Shown here: positions 62,804-64,000 of the stretch, in pieces
How positions within the stretch are numbered: position 1 is the first letter of the stretch
Layout: each line of letters starts with the position of its first letter
Program-made: the position numbers and the translations under genes
The notes under the pieces: model-generated
Databases searched by the model: none
Told to the model about the DNA's origin: nothing
What the model saw: only the letters and a program-made list of their open reading frames with translations
Source of the DNA: Chiloscyllium plagiosum
Lineage: Eukaryota
Direction: 5' to 3'
DNA: 64,000 bases
NCBI RefSeq assembly: GCF_004010195.1
Contig: NC_057719.1
Location: forward strand, 84,246,658-84,310,657

Positions 62804-64000
62804 AGCTGGTAGGATGGTCTCCCGGTGTGGCGATCTTGTCCAGGAGGGGCAGTCTCAACCTGGCATGGAGGGATTCTTTGGCAGAGACAGGTATTCCAGT
62901 AGCCCAGCTTGAAGGTCTAGTCACAATGAGGAGATCTCATCTTTGCATGGAGGTCTTATCCTTAATTTGGGGGCAGCTTCGGGATCTTCCAATGGACCAG
63001 TATGGAGGTCCAGTCCCAGTGTGGTGGGGTGGAGCGGTCTCAGCCCAGTTTTCCAGCGTACCCTGAACCCAGGAGCCGTTAATTGAACTGTGATAAACCT
63101 TTACTCTTTTTCCTTCTTTTGTCATTAATTTACGTGTTGCGGTATGGCAACTTATAGAACTTTTCATTGTATTTTTTTGTAAAAATACACATGACAATAA
63201 ATTGCTATTTAAATTAATATGAGACAACAGGCATAATTTTAAAGTATTTTTCAAAATAATTGATAAATTTCTGCACATTAAAATTCATCATCTTAAACAC
63301 ACCTCCCAAAGACTGGTAAGAAAATAGCTCAAGTGCTTCCACGAAATATGCAAAAAGCGAGAACATTTTAACCAGACAGTTGCAACTGTATTTACTGCAT
63401 TTCAGATCTCAATCTCAGATTTAAATTCTGGCCTCAGTCTTTTGCCAATACTGATTCTCTATGTCCTTTCAACATCCTCATTTCCAGGTAGCCTGCATAC
63501 CTAGACGTCACTCCATGCTGCCAGCTCTTGTGCTTGCTTTACCTTCCCCAGACCCTGCTCACAGTAATAGCTACTCCTCTGGGAACCACTCAACATCAGT
63601 ATGACTTTCATATTGGCTTGCTGCTCTTCTGACGACGAGCCGCTTCTCTCCTACATTTGCTGCTGATTTCAAGGCAGAACTGTCTCTTTGATAGGAGGAG
63701 CAACTCTTAACCATTTCCTCCCATTTAATATGTGAGAGTGAGTGACTTTCCACTAATCATTGCTACCCCCCTCCACCACCATCAATCAAGGGAATAAATG
63801 GTTATAGGAGAAAGGCAAAAGAGTGGAGTTGAGGTTTATCAGATCAGCTATGATCTCAAGAAATGGTAGAGGAGACCTGATGGGCTGACTGGCCTATTTG
63901 TACAATGACATCTTATGTTCACACCATGCTTGAACTTATTAGTGCAGGTGGTCATGCTCCATCCCACTTTATGTGACTTAAATCAAAGACCACTGTAACA

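Overview
Vertebrate genomic DNA, almost certainly a shark. The HE1-type V-SINEs, HER1/CR1 LINEs and Penelope repeats point there; this is inference from repeat content. One intact host protein-coding exon is visible: TMEM229B (41596-42117, minus strand, 173 aa). A CpG-rich promoter sits at the left edge (~200-410). Most of the window is decayed, deeply nested transposons, many with readable target-site duplications (TSDs). These include a full-length L1 inside a CR1-group LINE, two Gmr1-type Gypsy elements nested in one another plus a related solo LTR, and an internally deleted Tx1 element. There are also CR1, L2 and Rex LINEs, three SINE families, a Harbinger transposase fossil and many Penelope pieces. 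Three observations stand out. (1) A pol-less endogenous retrovirus-like element (30890-36522) has an env remnant with an RRKKR furin site and a fusion-peptide/heptad segment, resembling lokiretrovirus F-like Env. (2) A minimal hammerhead-ribozyme core recurs in three Penelope subfamilies, and the 5' ends of many short Penelope inserts cluster inside it. (3) The Gypsy pol has the PR-INT-RT-RH order, with a 24-nt tRNA-Pro primer-binding site. Family names come from motif recognition by eye, not database searches, and boundaries of decayed elements are approximate. An assembly gap lies at 58304-58852.
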